From contig NC_016012.1 of the NCBI RefSeq assembly GCF_000283555.1, positions 600,001 through 632,000 of the forward strand: a DNA stretch of 32,000 bases, in the 5' to 3' direction. Shown here piece by piece: positions 28,374 to 32,000 of this stretch. Under the pieces are notes generated by a model. The model did not search any database. It saw only the letters and a program-made list of their open reading frames with translations, and had not been told where the DNA came from. Within the stretch, counting starts at the first letter, position 1, and every line of letters begins with the position of its first letter. The DNA comes from Candidatus Arthromitus sp. SFB-rat-Yit (GTDB lineage Bacteria; Bacillota; Clostridia; Clostridiales; Clostridiaceae). A program made the translations under genes and the position numbers.

Positions 28374-29447
28374 ATGAGAAAGCATGTTACACGTATACTA
28401 ACTTCTGGTTTTTTGGCATTATCACTTTTAACTGGTTGCGTGGGGTCACCTTCAACTAATGAATCAAATACTTCATCAAGTTCATCCAATACAACAACAA
28501 GTGTTAAAAAAATTGACAAATTAAATATTGCATTTGTTCCTTCAAAAGATCCAGAACAAATTATTACAGCAACAGAACCATTAAAAGAAATGCTTAAAGA
28601 TGAATTAAGCAAGCAAGGTTATTCAATTGGAGAAGTTAATATTTCAGTCGGGACAAACTATGAGGCTGTAGGAGAGGCTTTGGTGTCTGGTACTGTTGAT
28701 GTTGGATTTATTCCAGGTGGTACATATGTGTTGTATGATGATGGTGCAGAGGTACTGTTAACAGCTACAAGAGATGCGCTTAATCACAGCTCTGAAAACC
28801 CAATTGATTGGAATCAATCACCTACAGAATACATACCACAACAAGCTACTTCATATAGATCGCTTCTTATTGCTGGACCTTCTGCTAAAGGTAAAGAGCT
28901 TAGTGAGAAGATAAATAATGGACAAGATTTAACATGGGAAGATTTAAATAGTGCAAAGTGGGCTGTAATGAGTCCAACATCGTCTGCAGGATATATTTAT
29001 CCAACATTATTTTTAAATGATAAATATGGAAAAACTGTAGCAGATTTAACTAATAAAGTTCAATCTGATTCTTATGGAAGTTCTGTTGCGAGATTGGCTG
29101 CTGAGCAAGTTGATGTTATAACAGTTTTTGCTGATGCAAGAATTGATTATGCTGAAAAATGGACAAATGAATATGGGCGTACAAGTCAAATTTGGGATGA
29201 AACAAATGTTATAGGTGTAGCTGCTCCGATTTATAATGATACGATAAGTGTAAGTAAAAATTCTCCTATTATGACACCTGAATTCAATAATGCATTTGCT
29301 ACAGCAATGATAAATATAGCAAATACTGATGAAGGTAAAAAGGTTATTTCATTTTATAGTCATAAAGGATATGAACGTGCTCAATCTGCCGATTATGATA
29401 ATGAAAGAAGGGTTCAGAAGCTTATTCGTGAACTAAAATCTCAGTAA
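28374..29447 (+). CDS. phnD: PhnD-family ABC transporter substrate-binding lipoprotein (phosphate/phosphite/phosphonate type)
   Basis: Lipobox LLTGC, LNIAFVPSKDPEQI and DVGFIPGGTYV. Adjacent to ATPase and permease genes. Confidence 0.85.
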   Translation: MRKHVTRILTSGFLALSLLTGCVGSPSTNESNTSSSSSNTTTSVKKIDKLNIAFVPSKDPEQIITATEPLKEMLKDELSKQGYSIGEVNISVGTNYEAVGEALVSGTVDVGFIPGGTYVLYDDGAEVLLTATRDALNHSSENPIDWNQSPTEYIPQQATSYRSLLIAGPSAKGKELSEKINNGQDLTWEDLNSAKWAVMSPTSSAGYIYPTLFLNDKYGKTVADLTNKVQSDSYGSSVARLAAEQVDVITVFADARIDYAEKWTNEYGRTSQIWDETNVIGVAAPIYNDTISVSKNSPIMTPEFNNAFATAMINIANTDEGKKVISFYSHKGYERAQSADYDNERRVQKLIRELKSQ

Positions 29448-29460
29448 TTTTTAAATTTAT

Positions 29461-29486
29461 GGCGGGGACGAGTCCTCGCCTTTTTT
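29461..29486 (+). terminator. Intra-operonic terminator between phnD and phnC
   Basis: ggcgggga-cgag-tcctcgcc (one G:U) followed by tttttt. Confidence 0.88.
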
Positions 29487-29516
29487 ATGAATAAAAAATG
29501 AGAGGATTAATTTATA

Positions 29517-30269
29517 ATGATAGAATTTAATAACGTTTCCAAAGTATATCCTAATGGTACTAAAGGACTTGATAATGTTAATCTTAAGATAGATAAAGGA
29601 GAATTTGTAGCAATCATCGGGTTATCTGGTGCAGGTAAATCAACTTTAATAAGAACAATAAACAGAATGATTGATATTACAGATGGAAATTTAATTGTGA
29701 ATGGTAAGGATGTAAAATCATTAAAAGGAAAACAGCTTAGAGAATTTAGGCGAAAGATTGGTATGATTTTTCAATCATTTAATTTGGTAACTCGTACGAC
29801 TGTTATAAAAAATGTTTTAACAGCAAAGGTACCCGAAATTTCATTTATAAGATCAGTATTTGGAATTTTTACAAAAGAGGAAAAGATTCAAGCTTTGGAA
29901 GCTTTGGATAAGATGGGAATTGTTGATAAGGCATTTATAAGAGCAGATCAACTTTCAGGAGGACAGCAACAGAGAGTTGCATTATCGAGAACCCTTGCAC
30001 AAAATCCTGAGATAATTTTAGCTGATGAACCTGTTGCAGCTTTGGATCCGATTACAGCTAGAAAAGTTATGGAAGATTTTAAGAAGATAAATAAAGAGAT
30101 GGATATTTCAATTTTGATTAATATCCACCATGTTGAACTTGCACTTAATTATGCAGATAGAATTGTGGGAATTAGAGATGGGAAAATAGTTTATGATGGA
30201 CCTTCATCTGATGTGACAGAAGAAATATTAGAGAATATTTACAAAGGCAAGGTGGAGGTGGTTGCGTGA
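29517..30269 (+). CDS. phnC: PhnC-family ABC transporter ATP-binding protein
   Basis: VIGLSGAGKSTLIRTINR, LSGGQQQRVALSRTLAQNPEIILADEPVAALDP. Confidence 0.93.
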   Translation: MIEFNNVSKVYPNGTKGLDNVNLKIDKGEFVAIIGLSGAGKSTLIRTINRMIDITDGNLIVNGKDVKSLKGKQLREFRRKIGMIFQSFNLVTRTTVIKNVLTAKVPEISFIRSVFGIFTKEEKIQALEALDKMGIVDKAFIRADQLSGGQQQRVALSRTLAQNPEIILADEPVAALDPITARKVMEDFKKINKEMDISILINIHHVELALNYADRIVGIRDGKIVYDGPSSDVTEEILENIYKGKVEVVA

Positions 30270-31087
30270 ATATCTACGATAAGATATTTAGACCAAGGGT
30301 TATAGAACTTGGAAATGGCAAACAAGTTGTAGAAAAAAGATCTATGGTACCACTTTTAATTTTAATTTTTATTATTGCAGTTATAGTATCTATGGGAATT
30401 ACTGGATTTAATTTCAATACATTAATTAGGCGTGGTGGAAATTTCTTTGATATTATAAAACAAATGTTCCCGCCAAATTTTGAGTACATAAATAAAATAT
30501 GGAAACCACTTTTTGATACGATAAAAATGTCTTTTTTGGGATCTATTATAGGTGCTTTGGCTGTCGTACCCTTTTCTGTAGTGGCGTCAAGCAACATAAT
30601 AAAAAATAAATTCATTGTATCTATAATGAGATTTTTACTGAGCATAATAAGAACGCTTCCAACATTAGTTATAGCACTTATTGCAACATATATTTTTGGT
30701 CTTGGGACTTTTGCGGGTACTGTTGCTATTGCTATATTTACTTTTGGATATGTTGGAAAGAAACTTTATGAGCAAATAGAAACTGTTGATATGGGAGCTT
30801 ATGAGGCAATTCAGGCATTAGGAGCAAGTAAGGTACGAGCATTTTCAAGTGCTATTGTCCCGCAGGTTTTGCCTACGTATATTGCTACAAGTTTATTTTG
30901 TTTTGAAGGTAATGTTAGGCATGCGGCTATATTAGGTTATGTCGGTGCTGGAGGAATTGGTTTAATTTTAAATGAGAACTTGGGCTGGAGAGAGTATTCA
31001 AGTGTTGGAATGATACTTATATCTTTATTTGTAGCTGTAGTTTTAATTGAATTGCTAAGTCATTATCTTAGGAAGAAATTAACTTAG
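30266..31087 (+). CDS. phnE: PhnE-family ABC transporter permease
   Basis: GTG start overlaps the phnC stop (GTGA). FPPNFEYINKIWKPLFDTIKMSFLGS, EAIQALGASKVRAF and GYVGAGGIGLILN. Confidence 0.92.
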   Translation: MNIYDKIFRPRVIELGNGKQVVEKRSMVPLLILIFIIAVIVSMGITGFNFNTLIRRGGNFFDIIKQMFPPNFEYINKIWKPLFDTIKMSFLGSIIGALAVVPFSVVASSNIIKNKFIVSIMRFLLSIIRTLPTLVIALIATYIFGLGTFAGTVAIAIFTFGYVGKKLYEQIETVDMGAYEAIQALGASKVRAFSSAIVPQVLPTYIATSLFCFEGNVRHAAILGYVGAGGIGLILNENLGWREYSSVGMILISLFVAVVLIELLSHYLRKKLT

Positions 31088-31101
31088 GAGGAGTAATATC
31101 T

Positions 31102-31908
31102 ATGAGTGAAATAGTTTTAAGACAGTACGAGAAAGAACCACGTAAATTTTTATGGAAAATAATTACGGCTTTGGTTTGTGTCTTTTTTATTGTCTTGTCA
31201 AGCAGTACTATAAATTTAGATGGTATATCAAAAAATGGTATTCAAATAGCTAAGAATATTTTTCTTGGGATATTTAATCCGGATACCGAATTACTATTTA
31301 ATTTTGTTGATGGAGTACCTTACCTTTTGCTTGAAACAATGTGTATTGCCTTTCTTGGTACACTTGTTGGTGCAATTCTTGCTATACCAATTTCATTTAT
31401 GTCAGCAACAAATATTGTTCCTAAGCCAATAAGTGTTATCGGAAGATTTATAATAATGTCAATTCGTACAGTTCCATCAATTGTTTATGCTTTGATGTTC
31501 ATAAGAGTGACGGGTCCTGGAGCTTTTGCTGGACTTCTTACGATGTCGCTGTCATCTATTGGAATGATATCTAAAATGTATATTGAATCTATAGAAGATT
31601 TGGATACGAAGATTTTGGAATCTTTAGATGCTTGTGGATGTAATTTCTTTCAAAAAATACGTTATGGAATACTTCCTCAGCTTTTTCCAGATTTCATTTC
31701 AACAGTTATATATCGATTCGATATGAATTTGAGAGATGCAAGTATACTTGGGATAGTAGGAGCGGGAGGAATAGGGGCTCCATTAATATTCTCTATGAAT
31801 GCTTATAGATGGAGTCAGGTTGGATCAATTATAATAGGACTTATAGTTCTTGTGCTTATTATAGAATTTATTTCGACTAGAATAAGAGTAAAGCTAGCTA
31901 GGGGGTAG
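31102..31908 (+). CDS. phnE: PhnE-family ABC transporter permease (second)
   Basis: ESLDACGCNFFQKIRYGILPQLFPDFIS and LGIVGAGGIGAPLIFSMNAY. Confidence 0.92.
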   Translation: MSEIVLRQYEKEPRKFLWKIITALVCVFFIVLSSSTINLDGISKNGIQIAKNIFLGIFNPDTELLFNFVDGVPYLLLETMCIAFLGTLVGAILAIPISFMSATNIVPKPISVIGRFIIMSIRTVPSIVYALMFIRVTGPGAFAGLLTMSLSSIGMISKMYIESIEDLDTKILESLDACGCNFFQKIRYGILPQLFPDFISTVIYRFDMNLRDASILGIVGAGGIGAPLIFSMNAYRWSQVGSIIIGLIVLVLIIEFISTRIRVKLARG

Positions 31909-31911
31909 ACA

Positions 31912-32000
31912 ATGAATAAAAATTTGAGAATAATTTTTACATCTGATATTCATGGTTATTTTTTTAATACTGATTATATGGATAGAGAAATTAAACCTCA
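31912..32000 (+). CDS. Metallophosphoesterase / 5'-nucleotidase-like protein, N-terminal fragment (continues beyond window)
   Basis: ATG after gggggtag. MNKNLRIIFTSDIHGYFFNTDYMDREIKP has the TSDIHG calcineurin-like phosphoesterase motif. Confidence 0.75.
   Translation, partial: MNKNLRIIFTSDIHGYFFNTDYMDREIKP

Noticed and set aside
28352-28612. 86-aa minus-strand ORF over the start of phnD
   Set aside because: It is antisense to the signal peptide and Ser/Thr-rich linker of the binding protein, with no independent evidence.
1-32000. CRISPR arrays, toxin-antitoxin pairs, restriction-modification, retrons, BGCs, prophage or transposase genes
   Set aside because: I found no regularly spaced repeats and no proteins with these signatures. 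Every substantial ORF is accounted for by conserved cellular genes or lipoproteins.

Overview
This is an AT-rich Firmicutes/Clostridia chromosomal window. Gene content and style suggest a Candidatus Arthromitus / segmented-filamentous-bacterium-like genome, but that is inference only. It is mostly conserved housekeeping sequence: P-type ATPase C-terminus, rpmB, Asp23 family, recG-rsmD-coaD, HAD phosphatase, ylbJ, ylbM/tmcAL, pta-ackA, DUF177-rpmF-plsX-acpP-rnc, spoVS, an endonuclease-IV-like TIM barrel, mnmM-like, an HI0933-family flavoprotein, a fused cmk-ispH-rpsA, RNase H, guaB, a guanine riboswitch with a purine permease, guaA, flagellin, and a phnDCEE-type ABC transporter followed by a metallophosphoesterase. 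I found no CRISPR array, transposon, tRNA/rRNA, prophage or recognisable defence system. The strongest unannotated signal is at about 7518-7717, between the HAD gene and ylbJ. It has a near-consensus extended -10 promoter, a 14/15 match to the Fur 7-1-7 box at the predicted start site, no meaningful ORF, a long internal stem presenting a CCUCC (anti-Shine-Dalgarno) loop, and an intrinsic terminator. Together these look like an iron-regulated small RNA. Other points of interest are a three-way Cmk-IspH-S1 fusion, an IMP dehydrogenase lacking the CBS/Bateman module, duplicated GGA motifs in the flagellin leader, a lipid-anchored V8-like protease, a stand-alone TipAS-like domain, and a terminator inside the phn-type operon.
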